NCBI GenBank assembly: GCA_026770705.1
Contig: JANJGN010000030.1
Location: 24,738,001 to 24,802,000, forward strand
Direction: 5' to 3'
DNA: 64,000 bases
From: Isurus oxyrinchus
Lineage: Eukaryota
The position numbers were made by a program, and so were the translations under genes. Positions within the stretch are counted from its first letter, which is position 1. Each line of letters starts with the position of its first letter. Below, one piece after another: positions 35,843 through 49,990 of this stretch. The notes beneath the pieces were generated by a model. The model was not told the origin of the DNA, searched no databases, and was given only the letters and a program-made list of their open reading frames with translations.

Positions 35843-35936
35843 CTGTAAATGTGGGCGGTGCTCTGCTGTTCCTGATGAGGTCGCTTTGCAGTAAGGACTC
35901 TGCCAACCACTTTAAGGCTTCAGTGCAGTAATCCAC
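35843..35936 (-). CDS. TRPM4: TRPM4-like exon (VDYCTEALKWLAESLLQSDLIRNSRAPPTFT), end of C-terminal coiled coil
   Basis: 94 nt, phase 0-1; aligns with human TRPM4 [21 protein letters not shown]. Confidence 0.85.
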
Positions 35937-36480
35937 CTACAACAACAACAACAACTTACATTGATACAGCACCTTTAAAGTAGTAAAACACCCCAAGGCG
36001 ATTATCAAACAAAATTTGTCACAGGGCCACGAAGGAAAATGTTGGGACAAGTGGCAAAGCTTAGACAAAACTGTTGGTTTTAAGGATCCCCTCAAAGAAG
36101 GAGAGAGAGGCAGAGTGTTAGGGAAATGAAAGAAGGATTTGCATTTATACAGCGCCTTTCATGACTGCAGGACATCCCAAATTCCTTTCCAGCCAATGAA
36201 GTACTTTTGAAGTGTAGTGAACTGTAGTTATGTAGGAAATGCAGCAGATAATTTGTGCACAGCAAACTCCCACAAACAGCAGCGTGGTCAAGAGCAGATA
36301 ATCTGCTTCAGTGATATTGATTGAGGGATAAGTATTGGTCAGAGCATCAAAGGAATCCACTGCTTCCCTTCATGGGATCTTTTACATTCACCGGAAAGAG
36401 TAGATGTGAACACTTCATTTGAGCCCCTCTCATTTTGAGCATAAACATATGCACTTGAGGATTGCTGAAAAAAGAGACAT

Positions 36481-36518
36481 GCTATCAAAGCTTTTCATCT
36501 TGCACTCATCAGGACAGC
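36481..36518 (-). ncRNA. Minimal type I hammerhead ribozyme motif, sense to the TRPM4 intron
   Basis: gctgtc-CTGATGA-gtgcaagat-GAAA-agct-TT-gatagc, 6-bp stem I with one G-U pair. Confidence 0.7.
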
Positions 36519-38404
36519 TTGCAAGATATTACCAAATAGTAACGGGGAAAACAACAATTTATACAGCTTGAGAAGAGAATGCTGATCTGTTGGCAAGTGG
36601 ACTTTGATTAGTGGAGGCGTTGCTGTGGAAAACATAGCATGGAACAGTTAACTGTCCAGCTTTGCTCAAATTCAAACTGAGCAATTCGACTCTGATTGGT
36701 AAAGGGATTGCCCTAAGGAATGACCAAGGGAATGGCTGTTCCCTAAGCTTTTGTTATGCAATTCTCAGCAAAAGAATTCTGGGACCGGGGGCCTGTGCAG
36801 CTGACGGCATGGGCTGCCTATGGTGTAGCCAATGGAGTTTGATGCGCAAGAGGTGATGTATCAGGAATCTGTCGGAAAGAGAAGAATAGCTCAATCTCAG
36901 GCAGCCAAGGCAGAACTATATCGTTGTAGCCACTTTAATCCCACCTATCTCACCCCAAACCTCCCTGATCCCCCAACCGAGTCTTTTATTGAACTGGAAA
37001 ATGTAGTTAAAACTCAAGGCGATGTTAAAATGAGTGAGAGAAAGGATAAGGGAAATTAAGAGGTAGTGAGTTTGAAAAGGATATTTGGAGAGTACCTCAG
37101 TGCAGGGAGTGCTGCATTGTAGGATGTTCTGTCTTTCAGATGAGATATTAAACCCAGGCCCCTTCTGCCCTCTCAGGTGGACATGCCAAAGATTCCAAGA
37201 CATAATTCGAAGATCAGGGGAATTCTCCCGGGTGTCTTGGCCAATATTTATCCCTCAACCAACACCACTAAGAACAGGTTATCTGATCATTATCACGTTT
37301 ATTGTCTGTGGGAGCTTGCTGTGCACAAATTGGCTGCCACATTTCCTAGATTATAACAGTGACTGTACTTCATTGTCTGTGAGGCACCTTGAGACATCTA
37401 GAGTTTGTGAAGGACACTATATCAATGTCTTTGTCTTTTCTTTTATGAGTGGATAAGGAGAGATGACAAATAAAGACGTTAGCAGCCATCTCATTGCTAA
37501 CAACCTGTACAAAAATAGTACGAGCAGGAATGCAACATAGAGGCATTAAATCTTTCTACAATCAGAATTTTTATTTTAATAGTCTCCATAAAGCCCAAAA
37601 TCATTCAAGAAAAAAAAAGACTTGCATTTATATCGTACCGATCACAACGGGCCAATCACAAGGGCCACGGATTACAATAGATAGGCGCTTGATGGCCAGC
37701 ATGGACACAATAGGCCAAAGGGCCTGTTTCTGTGCTGTATAACTCTATGACTCTATGACAACCATCGGAGGGTTATATAAATGCAAGCCCCAAAACGCTT
37801 CACAGTCAATGAAGTACTTTTTAAAGTGTGGACACTTGTAACGTAGAAAACATGGCAGCTACTTTACTCACAGCAAAGTCCCACAAACAACAACGTGACA
37901 ATGACCAGATAGTGTTTTTGCGATGTTGAGTGAGGGATAACTGTTGGCCTCTGAGGAGAATTCCACTGCACTTCTTCAAAATAGTGTCATGGGATATTTT
38001 ACTCCCATCTGAGGGGGCAGACAGGGCCTCAGTTTAACATCTCGTCTGAAAGACCGCACCTCCGACAGCGCAGCATTCCCTCAGTACTGCACTAGAGCGT
38101 CAGTCTTCATTGTTGTGCCCAAATCCTGGGGCAGCACTTGAACCCACAACTTTCTGACTCGGAGGTGAGGCTTTGTTATTGCTCCCTTATCTGAATCTCA
38201 CACTTTATGGGATGTAAGAAATAACTTGAAGTTTAATTCTTAACTTTAGCCTCCAACCTGTCCCCATCCCAACCTTTCTCATTTTCCCTTCTTTCTTTTG
38301 TTTATGGGACTGAAAATGTGAATACAGTCCCCAAATTCTTCTTTTGATAAAACACCATCACGCCATTGCCTACCCATTCTTCCCCAGGGCTTCAAACTCT
38401 AGAA

Positions 38405-38666
38405 TGTTGTGATGTGATGTACATGTACCTTTAAGGGTACATACTTTGAACTGCTGCCAATCATTTCCAGTGAGACAGGATGTGATGTATTAGTCCCTTG
38501 GCTCTGAACTCAGTCTACAGCAGCAGCTCGTAGAAGTCAGACGTGCATACTCAGCTGTCCAGTTAACACTGTATATGGTTCACTGTCTAATAAAGAACCC
38601 ACATTATTGTTTTACCAATCCTTGTCAAATGATTGGTATGTTTACGTCAAATAGAAGAATGTAACA
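38405..38666 (+). mobile_element. Solo LTR with 5-bp target-site duplication
   Basis: TGTTG..TAACA flanked by tagaa on both sides; internal aataaa; related copy at 41334-41648. Confidence 0.75.
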
Positions 38667-39224
38667 TAGAACATCATCCTTTCCTTGGTCTTTACCTATT
38701 CTGGATCTTGATACCTAGGCTTCACTTCCCTATTATCTTCCCTGTTTAGAGTTTGGCTAAGGGAGATTGGATCAACAGGCAGTATCATGTCTCTCAGTTA
38801 GAAGGTTGTGGACTAACACGCATATAGACATCCATAGCACCCACATATGTATGAACGCCCTTGTGTACACACCCACATACACAGAGACAGACTTCAATGT
38901 GAGGAGAAATTCCAGTTTAATAGGGGAATGACTGCTCTCCTCCATAAGTAATGAAACCAAATGATATTCGCAGATATGGGGTGGACTTTTATGGCCCCAT
39001 TGCAGCAGGAGTGGGGCTATAAAATGGGGTGGGCCATTCAAAAGTCAATTGACTTCGGCAGGACTGTAAAATTCCGCCCATGGTGTGTGTGTGTGTGTGT
39101 GTGTGTTTGCAATTCAGTAACTGGATAGGAACACAGGCATTTTCCTGCGTTTTGCCAAAAGAGGAATTTCAGATGTGAATGCTTGCTCCTGTGTTTCCAC
39201 CAGAGTTTGTGCAATTGATCTTAC

Positions 39225-39297
39225 CTGTTTTTCGAGTACCCTCAGCCGCCTGTCATGCTCTCTGATGTCAGTTATGTAACTTAAAACACTGTCAACC
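39225..39297 (-). CDS. TRPM4: TRPM4-like exon (VDSVLSYITDIREHDRRLRVLEKQ)
   Basis: Acceptor tttgtttccttag, donor CAG|gtaaga, 73 nt, phase 2-0; coiled-coil region. Confidence 0.9.
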
Positions 39298-40101
39298 CTA
39301 AGGAAACAAAATGAACTGTCAGTTAACAAGCGCTGAAACTGAGTCTTGGGGAGCTGTCACTGTGAGGCCTTTGCATTCTGTCTCTCCCTCACTTCCAGCC
39401 CTGGGAACTCTGTCCCTTCCAGCCTTCAAGCTCTGGGAATCCTGGGAACGCTCAACCTCCTATCCCCATGAGCTGGCCGTTTGGTTTATGCTGGCTGGGT
39501 TGCCTGAATGAATCTGACTCGGAGGCAATGGAGTTGTTGAATGTTAATGGAGCAAGAGAGAGCGAGTGGAAATCCAAGACGCGCTTTCAGTTACCTGTGC
39601 CTATTTGTTATGGGATAATTGTTGCACGGGTTAATACTCAAGACTGAGTTAGACAGATTTTTGATTGACAAGGGAGTCAAAGGTTACGGCAGGCAGGCAG
39701 GAAAGTGGAGTCGAGGCCACAACCAGATCGGCCATGCTCTTATTGAATGGCGGGGCAGGCTCAAGGGGCCGAATGGCCTACTCCTGCTCCTATTTCTTAC
39801 GATCTTATGTTTTTATGACCGTTCTTTAGGCAATCCGGGTAGCCCTCTAAAACATTAGCCTCATGTTAATCAGGGGCTTAACGCCTATTAAAGGAGCCCT
39901 TTCCCTGCCCCTCCCCCTCAGCCTACGCCAAACTGGGTTGCCCTGAGCTCGGGTTTTTCCCAGAGTCGGACAAGCTTTCTGATCCCGTTGTGCTTCGCTT
40001 CCCCCTTCTGCTGATCTTAACCCACCAGGATTTTTGTAAGGGAATGACATGAAGCTATTAGTGTTATTGGAAGTTTATTTTTTTACATAGAGATTTAGTA
40101 A

Positions 40102-40124
<23 letters not shown>

Positions 40125-40136
<12 letters not shown>

Positions 40137-40805
40137 TTAATTGGATTAAAGCCAGGTTGTCTGGGTGCTTTGATGTATAGTAGTTTTGAGATGTAAACAA
40201 TAAGGTAGAGTGCATTTTTATTTTGTTCAATAAAGCATTCATGAGTGGGAGTGAAATCTTGCACCTAGTTAGGAGACAGCAAGCAACATTTATATTACTC
40301 ATAAAATTGGTACAATGGAAGGAGTTCAAAGGGGCTGGTGATACAATGGGAAGTTACTTTCAAAGTGGAGTGTTGGGTATAACAGAAGGGAGTTTGTGTG
40401 TGCAGAGCAGAAACATGTAAGATCAAAGCAGCTGTAAGCCTACAACTGTCTGCAAAGGAACCAAATTGAATGGAACCTCATTTTGAATTCGTAAGGTGAA
40501 AATGCTTTGCCTGGTGTCTGGTTAAGTCTATTGGGTTATTGTTGCCTTAGTGGAGATTAATTTGGGAATTTGTTAAAGTTATGATAGTCATAAATTGTAG
40601 CCATGTGTACATGTTTAAGTTGTTGTAAATTAATAAATGTCTCATTTAGTTTGATATAAAAACCTCTCAAGAACTGGTGGTTTTATTCCTGAATTCAGAG
40701 CTGCATCGCAAACATACCAGTTGAAAATATAGGTTATGACAGTTGTTTAAAGTTTCCCTCTGGGATTTCCAATAACTCAGCCTTTACCAACTGCTGGGTC
40801 ATAAT
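40125..40805 (+). mobile_element. Solo LTR-like element
   Basis: aataaa at ~40632, LTR-like end ..gggtcataata; boundaries approximate. Confidence 0.45.
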
Positions 40806-41333
40806 AGGGCTACTGTCAGAAATGGAATCCTCCCCTCTGATGAGCTACTTGGGGAAGGCTGAAAGATGCCAACAGCTCTTCCCAAAAATGGAGGTGAGGC
40901 TCTCATTGTACCCCCACCTTTGGGTGCATTCTCTCCTCACAGCAACAAGCCTTGGCCCAAAATTCAGCCCTGATGGAATTCTAGTCCTGAGATCTACATA
41001 AATCTCTAAAAGTTATTACTAAGGCCACTGTTAGGAAGTGCATTTATTAAAGGCATATTGGGGTTCAGCACAGAGTCATTAGGGTGATATCAGGAATGAG
41101 AGGTTTTAGCTGTGACGAAAGGTTTGAAGAGTTGGGTCTTTTCCACTAGATTGGAGAGGGTTAGGATTAGGGTTGGGAGGAATCTATAATGATTTTAGAA
41201 ATTCTGACACATTTTGTGAAGCTAAATGGACTGTTTCCACAGGTTAACAAATTAGTAACCTTCAGCTGATGCCTAGCCCCTCAGGAATGAAAGGAAATGT
41301 TAGAAAAGATCATTTCACACTGAGGGTAACTAG

Positions 41334-41648
41334 TGTTGCAATACAATGTGCATGGACCTTTAAAGGAATGTATCTTAAACTGCTGTCAATCACTATACAC
41401 CATGAGACAGGATGTGATGTAAATTCCCATGACCCTGTAGACAGAATACAGCTACCCGAGGTTGCTCGTCAGAGGGGAGGATACAATTTCAGATAGTGGC
41501 CTGGTCAAATATGTCTACATAGCCTCCCAGTTACCATTATCTGTATATAGTCTTATCTTCACCTTTTCTTCACAATGAACCCACATTATTGGTTTACTAA
41601 TCCTTGTTATATGATTGGTACGTTTACGATAAACAGAAGAATGCATCA
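41334..41648 (+). mobile_element. Solo LTR (same family as 38405-38666) inserted in a CR1 fragment
   Basis: Shared acctttaa, gagacaggatgtgatgt and aacccacattattg motifs; TG..CA ends. Confidence 0.65.
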
Positions 41649-41749
41649 ATCAGACCTTGGAATACTTTACCTCAAGTGGCTGTTGAGTCAGAGATTATAA
41701 AGTTATTTAAAAAGGTATTGAGTGAGTAATTTAAAAGAAAAGAATATTT

Positions 41750-42460
41750 TTTTATTCATTCATGGGATGTGGGCATCGCTGGCTAGGCCAACATTTATTG
41801 CCCATCCCTAATTGCCCTTGAGGTGGTGGTGAGCTGCCTTCTTGAACCACTGTAGTCCATGTGGTGTAGGTACACCCATAGTGCTGCTAGGGAGTGAGTT
41901 CCAGGATTTTGACCCAGCGACAGTGAAGGAATGGCGATATATTTCCAAGTTAAGATGGTGAGTGGCTTGGAGGGGAACTTCCAGGTGGTGGTGTTCCCAT
42001 CTATCTGCTGCCCTTGTCCTTCTAGATAGTAGTGGTTGGGGGTTTGGAAGGTGCTGTTGAAGGAGCCTTGGTGAATTCCTGCAGTGCATCTTGTAGATGG
42101 TACACTCTGCTGCTACTGTGCATTGGTGTTGGAGGGAGTGAATGTTTGTGGATGTGGTGCCAATCAAGCGGGCTGTTTTGTCCTGGATCTTGTCAAGCTT
42201 CTTGAGTGTTGTGGGAGCTGCACTCATCCAAGCAAGTGGGGAGTATTCCATCACACTCCTGACTTGTGCCTTGTAGATTGGGGACAGGCTTTGGGGAGTT
42301 AGGAGGTGGGTTACTCGTTGCACGATTCCCACCCTCTGACCTGCTCTTGTAGCCACAGTATTTATATGGCTGGTCCAGTTCAGTTTCTGGTCAATGGTAA
42401 TCCCCAGGATGTTGATAGTGGGGGATTCAGTGATGGTAATGCCATTGAACATCAAGTGGT
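41750..42460 (-). mobile_element. HER1-like (CR1/L2 group) LINE 3' fragment
   Basis: FNGITITESPTINILGITIDQKLNWTSHI..YKAQVRSVMEYSPLAW; other copies at ~46395-47070, 57915-58210, 60475-61050, 62870-63090, 12040-12320. Confidence 0.85.
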
Positions 42461-42941
42461 GATGGTTACATTCTCTCTTGTTGGGGAAATATAATATAAA
42501 TGGATAACCAGATAGAGCAGGAAAATGGGATTGGCCCTGTTGGCATTTGTTAGATGAGCCACACGGCCTCCTTCTGTGCTGTAAATCCTGTTACTCTTTA
42601 CCTGGTTCCTTGACTATGATAGAACTAGGAATTGAACTTGAAACTGATGAAAAGAGAGACTTGTTGGGGAAGCTTCTCATCTTGCACTCAGAATTCCAAA
42701 TTTCAAACAATCACAACAACTTACAGTACGGGTAGTATAAATTGCTGTGAGCATTTGAAATTCGGTATTCTTGCATTTGTTCTGATGTGTGTGAGACAAG
42801 AAGCTTCAGCAACATGTTTATCTTCTCGGCCACATTCAAGAAGTTGAGACTTCCTAATCTGTTTGCTCATATTTCTTTCTTTGCGTTTTTTTGATGTCTT
42901 GGACCTCCCTGTAATGAGAACATCAGTATCTGCACCCTCAC

Positions 42942-43074
42942 TTTTGTGCAGTCCTCTTCAGCTGCTCGATGTTGCTTTCTCGTTTGATTCTGTTGCGGGA
43001 AACTATGTAGTTCTCTTTCTGCACCGCTTCCCAAGTCATCAACCTATTGGTGACAGCCTCTGAGAGGTCCATTC
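42942..43074 (-). CDS. TRPM4: TRPM4-like exon (MDLSEAVTNRLMTWEAVQKENY..EQLKRTAQ), C-terminal rib helix
   Basis: Acceptor attttcattccag, donor AA|gtgagg, 133 nt, phase 1-2; TWExVxKEN motif. Confidence 0.92.
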
Positions 43075-44168
43075 CTGGAATGAAAATGAGACCGTTATTC
43101 CCTTCCCTCCGAGCCATAGATCGTCGGTAATTGGACAACGGGCCTGTTAGGAGGCTCCTGATCAAGCCGTTCAGGCCTAGTGTTGTCAACCCTGTCAGGA
43201 CTGACCTGGACAAAAATTACAGCAGCATTAAAAAAAAAGTTCACATCCTTTGAATATTTTTTGTTTATTAGTTAAAGCAATATTGGAAATGGGGGGAGAA
43301 AAAAAGGATATTTGACTGGACGGAGACAGTTGAAGATGAGAGGTCAAGTAATGAAACCTCCAGGAATATGTCCAACCAGAGTTGGTAACTCAGGTCAGGT
43401 CCCATTATAAATGATCAAAATAGGAACTCGAATGATTTATGTCACTGTTCATTTCTCTGCTGATTAGGGAGATGGGTGAGCAATGGAAAAGCTATTTACG
43501 TTTTACCGTTAATTTACCCATTCTTAGGCTCAGTCACTGATGTGCCCCAACAACTTGCCTTAACCTCACTCTCAGTTTAATATTTCCACTAGAGGTGGCT
43601 TTGTGGCCGAGCACAATTAGTGCTGGGACTATGTTCAAAGGGAGTGAGGTTGAAACCAGTTCAAACTCATTGCAGCTAGGATCCTTTCATCTGGGATGGA
43701 ATGGAGTTCCCTCCTGTCAGTCTAGGCCAGAACTAAATCCAGGTGAATTCCCATTTAAGCAGATCCTGGTGTCTCAGTCCCGGTGAGGTACAAGACTGGA
43801 GTCCATCTACCATCCTGGTAACCACGTGATTCAAGAATAGCGGAGTTGTTGACTAATCACAGTGGTCAATCTCAATCAATGAGTTACAAACAGACCCAGA
43901 CATGAGGTGAGTAAAACCCCCAGTGATGGAGAACTTTGGGAACCATTTGGACTTAAGACCAAAGTCATCTGTTCCCCATGCTACATGATGCCTCAATTAA
44001 CTCATATTCCAAAACATTGCATTTTGAAAGGAGTCTATTGAATGTCCATTTGAATGGTTTAATACTAACAGCACTCACAGTCTCCCTAGGGAGCTTGTTA
44101 CATAGATCGATCAAGCGTAGATAGATTGATAGATGGATTGATCATTCGACTGCTCACTCAGAGATGTT

Positions 44169-44937
44169 GGGTTGGATTTTACGTTTCTTGGCGGGGTGAG
44201 AGAGGCGGAATGGAAACTGGTCAGCTCTGTCCTTCCCCCGACATCTCTGTGCATCCAATCAAGCATCCGATGGCCAATTCGTAGCCGTCCAGCAAAAAGG
44301 AGGCCAATTAGAGGCACAAAGAGGAGCTTTGCGCCCAGTCTGGATTGTAGGCCGGGTCTGTCATGTGACCGAGGGCTAATGCCGCAAACAGGAAGTCGGT
44401 CAAGGATAAAGTTGTGAAGGCCCCCTGTCTCTGATTCGGTCTTTCTTTTTTTACCGAAGGCGCGAAAAGTATTTTTAAAAAAAGGAAATGCCATTTAAAA
44501 AATTGCCACTTCCCCCGGTGGAATCCTGCTGCTACATTCAGTCGCGGTCCCAGTGCCTGGCCTTTCCTGTGGTACTTGTGCTGCCTCACCTTCAACTGCT
44601 GTAAAACAATCCCAAACTTTCTCACGTCCGCCCACCTGGAAGATGCAGCGGGAAGTGAAAAGTTGCAGACGATTGGGTCGTTAAAATGAGCTCAGTAACT
44701 TGCTAATTAGCCGTGTCAAAATGGTGGGCGGGATCGCTGATTTCCACGCCCGCTCGCCTTCTGTAACTTGGGAGACTGGCGTCACGCCAGTTTTATTGCC
44801 AATACAACAGCATCAAGCCCTATCACACATTCGCGTGGTGAGGGTGGGGGTCAGCAGGGCGGAGTGGTGGGGGGGGGGGGGGGGGGGGAGCGGTTGGTGG
44901 GCTGTCGTGCCCCATTTGCAAATGTAAAATCCAGCCT
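44169..44937. mobile_element. TIR-bounded MITE-like element (Harbinger-like)
   Basis: gggttggatttt .. aaaatccagcct inverted ends; similar ends at 59901-61249. Confidence 0.6.
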
Positions 44938-46049
44938 ATTTCCCCAGATTGGTTTTGAATTTACTCCCACTTTGAGGACAGGCCGTGGCTGGAGAAGGTG
45001 AAACAGCTTGTTCCTGACCTACATTCCCATTAATATGTGTCTCCTTTGCTCAATACCAGGTCCACTATTCATTTGATCCATCCTATTTCGTTCAATAATA
45101 TTAAAGGGGAACTTTAGTGATGAGGAAATTGGTGCAGCGCTAGGTGCTTTCTGTCAGCCTCCCACCTGTGTAAAAATAATATGCATTATTCCACCCCTGT
45201 TCCTTAATACGATTATCATCCTGAAATTTGAGGCCCTTCGCTCCAATGGTCATTGACACAGGTTGAGATTCACTCCCTGACAGGCCCAAAGCCGACCCTT
45301 ACCCGCCAGTGATGGTGAGTCCTGAGTTGCTATCCTGTCACGGTCGAGACTGGTCAACAAATCGTTGAATGGTTACAGCACAGAGGGAGGCCATTTGTCC
45401 CATCATGTCCGTGCTGGCTCTCTGCGAGAAAGGGCAACTCCCCTAGCCCCACTCCCCTGCCCTTTCCACCCAGTCCTGCATTTTTCTTTCCCTCCTCTAC
45501 AGGTGCTTCATCCAAATCCCGTGTGAAAGCCAGGATTGAGTCTGCCTCCACCACACTCTCAGGCCGCGGTTCCTAACCGCTCGCTGCGTTTATAAAAAAA
45601 AAGTTTTTCCTCATGTCGCCTTTGGTTCTTTAGCCAATCACCTTAAGTCGGTGTCCTCTGGTTCTCAATCCTTCTGCCAATAGGAACAGCTTCTCCCTAT
45701 CTACTCTGTCCAGACCCCTCACGATTTTGAATATTTCTATTAAACCTCCTCCTGCTTTCACTTGACAGAATCTACTTTTCATTGGGGTGGGAGTCAGCGG
45801 TGAGGGTGGGGGGAGTCAGTGATGAGGAGCTGTGTGTGATTTGAAAACTCCTCGAGGGGCTCTTGACTTCAACCTGGGCAACTAGCTCAGCGCAGGCCGG
45901 GGATCGCACCCAAACCATTCCTAACCCATTCTGCCCCAGTATAGTGCCAGATGGCGCACTTTACACAAAGGGATTTGCTGCTCCCAACATTACCCTTCCT
46001 GGCTCAAGTTCCTGCTGCTCATGTGGTTTGCTGCTGGGACATGTCTTAC

Positions 46050-46231
46050 TGAAGAGTGTGCCCTTCACGGTCGGGACCTTCCGGATGTTTCTTTTGATGA
46101 AGATGTGGATGTGGCTCAGGATGATGAAGGGTGGAGCGAGGGCCGGCCGTTTGTGATATTCCACAATTAGGTTGTACCGCTGGAACTTCCAGTAGATGTC
46201 ACTCTTTTCCTGAACTTTATTGAAGGTGTAA
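46050..46231 (-). CDS. TRPM4: TRPM4-like exon, TRP helix ([40 protein letters not shown]..)
   Basis: 182 nt, phase 2-1, canonical splice sites; TRP box WKFQR. Confidence 0.95.
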
Positions 46232-48786
46232 CTGGGAAAGACAAGAAGAAATGGGATACATCAAACCTACAGAACAGAAACAGGCCATTCGGTCCAATTG
46301 CTCCATGCTGGTAGTTTAATACTCTTCTCATCTGTCTTCTTCTAACCCTATCATTATATTCTTACATTCCTTTCTATTAGATTCACCTCAACTACTCCAC
46401 TATCAACATCCCGGGAGTTACCATTGACCAGAAACCGAACTGGACTAGCCATATAAATCCTGTGGCAACAAGAGCAGGTCAGAGTAATTCTGTGGTGAGT
46501 AACTCACCTCCTGACTCCCCAAAGACTGTCCACAATCTCCAAGGCACAAGTCAGGAGGGTGATGGAACACTCCCCACTTGCCTGGATGAGTGCAGCTCCC
46601 ACAACACTCAAGAAGCTTGACACCATCCAGGACAAAACAGCCCCACTTGATTGGGACCCCATCCACCACCTTCAACATTCACTCCCTCCACCACAGACGC
46701 ACAGTAGCAGCAGTGTGTGTGCCATCTTCAAGATGCACTGCAGCAACTTACCAAGGCTCCTTTGACAGCACCTTCCAAACCTATGACCTCTACCATCTAG
46801 AAGGACAAGGGCAGCAGATGCATGGGGACACTGTGACCTGCAAGATCCCCTCAAGGCCACAAACCATCCTAACTTTGAACTATATCGCCGTTCCTTCACT
46901 GGCGCTTGGTCAAAACCCTGGAACTCCCTCCCTACCAGTGCTGAATCACAGAATCGGCCCATCATGTCTGCACTGTGGGCGTGCCAACGCCACCTTCTTA
47001 AGGGCAGTTAGGGATGGGCAACAAATGCTGGTCTTGCCAGCGATGCCCACATCCTGTGAAAGAATATAAAAATACAGCCCCTCTCGCCTGTTCAACTACT
47101 TAACGACATCATGGCTGATCTGTGACCAAACTCCTCACACTTGCCTTTGCCTCATATCACTTTGGTTAACAAAAATCTATCAATCTCAGGTTTAAAACTA
47201 ACAACTGATCCAGAAACTGAGTGCTGTTTGATGAAGAGAGTTCCAAGTTTCTAGCACTCCTTGCATGAAGTAGTAGTTCTGAATTTCATTCCTGAAAGGT
47301 CTGCCTCGAATTTTTAGGCAATATCCTCGAGCCTGACCCTCCCCAATCAGCAGAAATAGTTTCTGTCAAACTAACCTATCAGTTCCGCTTAATATTTTGA
47401 AAACATTGATCGAATCCCTCTGAAATCTTCAAATTCCAGGGAATTCCAGTGGTGTAACCGCTTCTCGCAATTTAACCCTTGAAGTCCAGGAATCATTCCG
47501 ACATCATTTTCAACACCTCTAGCAGATGTCCTCTTAACTCCCCACGTTCTAGGAGAAAGAGCCCCTCAGTTTCTCATTGCTGAGCTGCAGCACTCAGTCC
47601 CAGATACCAACTTTAGTGAATCCAGTATACTCATGACCAAGGGAGGTGATGGCTTAGTGGTATTATCACTGGACTAATGTTCCAAAGGTGCAGGGTAATT
47701 CTTTGGGGGAACCTGGGTTCAAATCCCACTGTGGTAGATAGTGAAACTTGAATTCAATTAAAAAATCTGGAATTAAAAGTCTGGTGATGAGTGTGAAACC
47801 AGTGCCCAAACTAATCTGGCTCACTAGTGTGATGGAGAGGGAAAGAAGCCATATTCCTGAAGGAGGACAAGGGGGAGGATGTCACAACATGAGAAGGAAT
47901 GGGACTGGGGGCAGATTAATTCCTGGAGTCTAGCACCCAAGGACCTACAGTGTGTCCCCACCTTCATGTGGGGGAGATTTAGGTCAATGAGAGAAATTGT
48001 AGTTGGGGGAAGGGAAATCTGCCACCCGCAGGCCTACAAGTGACTCTTAAAATGCCCTTTGAACAAGGGCAATAAATATGCCCACATCTCATGAACAAGC
48101 CAGTTGGTCCAAGCTGCATTCTAGTCACTGGCCCAATATATGATCCGGTGGGTTAGTTTGTCTCTTATTCCAAGAGCAGGATTGTGTTTTGGTTCTTGGG
48201 CTGTGGTCGACACTAATACAACCACCTCGTGTTACCATGAACATCGAAGTAAACTTGAGCACCAACCATATGGTGTGAGCCTGTGAATGTGTGTAAACAC
48301 TGGTAAGGATGGTAGCTTCTCTTCCCTGAAGGACATGAGTGAGCAGCTGAGTTTTTAACAACAAACTGACAGTTTCATGGTCACTTTTACTGACGCATGT
48401 CTTTTTCTAATGTCTAGATTTTTTAAACTGGAATCCAAATTCTCAAACTGCCATGGTTGGATTTAAACTTGCCTGGATTATTAGTCCAGTAACGTAACCG
48501 TTATACTTCCCTGCTTCCTAATGGGGAACAGCATTGGGTATCGGTGCATGTGATTGGCAAGGCAGCAATCTCCTGAAGCACTAATTGCTGCATAGGAATA
48601 GGAGGAGGCCATTCAGTCCCTTGAGCTTGTTCTGCCCGCCACTTAATTAGATCATGGCCGATCTTATCCTTAACTCCATCTTACCAGCCCTAGTCCCGCC
48701 ACCCTTGCCCGATTAAAAGGAAACTTCCTGAGCTGACGCCAGCTACCTCGGCCCAGATGGAGTGTCCGTCTTGGCTAAACTGTTAC

Positions 48787-48952
48787 CTGAACATGGCGAT
48801 GAGCAGATTGACCAGCAGGATGTTGGCGACCAGGAGGAAGATGGTCAGGAGCAGGATGACCAACCAGTTGGCATAGGCGTTGGTGCAGGGAGACAGCTCA
48901 TCTTCCAGGCCTGTGGTGAGGTTACCCGTGCATTTGGAGTGAAACCGAGCAG
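48787..48952 (-). CDS. TRPM4: TRPM4-like exon, outer pore loop and S6 ([46 protein letters not shown])
   Basis: 166 nt, phase 1-2; [16 protein letters not shown] as in human TRPM4. Confidence 0.95.
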
Positions 48953-49799
48953 CTGGCATAGACAGAGGGACAAACGATGGTTAATGGAAAAATGAGATGG
49001 TTGTGAGGCAAAGGATGGCAAAAGAATAATGCGAGATAGGGAGACAACAAAGGTGAGTAAAAAGGAACATAGGAACAGGAAGAAGGCCATTCAGCTCCTC
49101 GTGCCTGTTTCACTTTCCAATTAGTTCACGGCTGATCAGTATCTTAACTCCACTTACCCACCTTGTTCCAAAAGCCTTGATACCTTTACCTAACAAAATT
49201 CTATCAACCTGAGCTTTGACATTTTCAATTGACACCCCCTCCCCACAGCCTTGGAGGCTGCAGAGACTTTCAGACTTTCACCCTTTGTGTGAAGCAGTGG
49301 TTCCAGATTGGCCTGGTCCTAACTTTAAGATTCAGCCTTCCTCTTCCCACTAGAGGCAAAGGTTTCTCTCTGTCGACACAATCATCTTCAGCACCTTACT
49401 TAGATCGCCCCTTAATCTTCAAGACTCAAGGGAAAGAAGGCTTATTTTTGCAACCTGTCCTAACTTAACACCTTTGGCGCCAGTGTCTTTCTGGTGAATT
49501 TGCACTGCAATACAATACATCCTTCCTGAGGTGTGGTGCCTGGAACACGATGCATTGCTCTACATGGGGCATGATCAGGGCTTTATTTAACTTCAACCCT
49601 TTTATATTCCAGCTGCCTTGGGTTAAAGGCCTCCATTAGCCTTTTTAGCTGTTTTCCTGCACACAGACTCAAACATCAACAGACTGACTGCTGTATGACC
49701 CCCCCCTGTCTCCGTGGTCTACAGGCATTTCAGGCATGTTCATAAACATGGGTACACAGTGAGAAAGGGAGGCACCTCGCAGAAAGGAGTGTGCATATC

Positions 49800-49990
49800 T
49801 GCAAGTACATTTACACATACACATACAGACACACGCACACACGCGCACACACACACATGTATGCACAAACACCCAAACGCACGCACAAAAACACGTGCAT
49901 GTGAAAACACACAAAAACACACACACACATGTGCACACGTATATACACAAACACACACACGTTTGCACACGTACACACACACACTCTCAC
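49800..49990. repeat. (CA)n-rich degenerate microsatellite
   Basis: acac/gcac low-complexity run. Confidence 0.9.

Noticed and set aside
38405-41648. Intact provirus bounded by two LTRs
   Set aside because: The left LTR has its own TSD on both sides, and the interior contains a host exon and no gag/pol.
41808-42455. 215-aa ORF as a host gene
   Set aside because: It is the C-terminus of a LINE reverse-transcriptase ORF with several decayed copies in the window.
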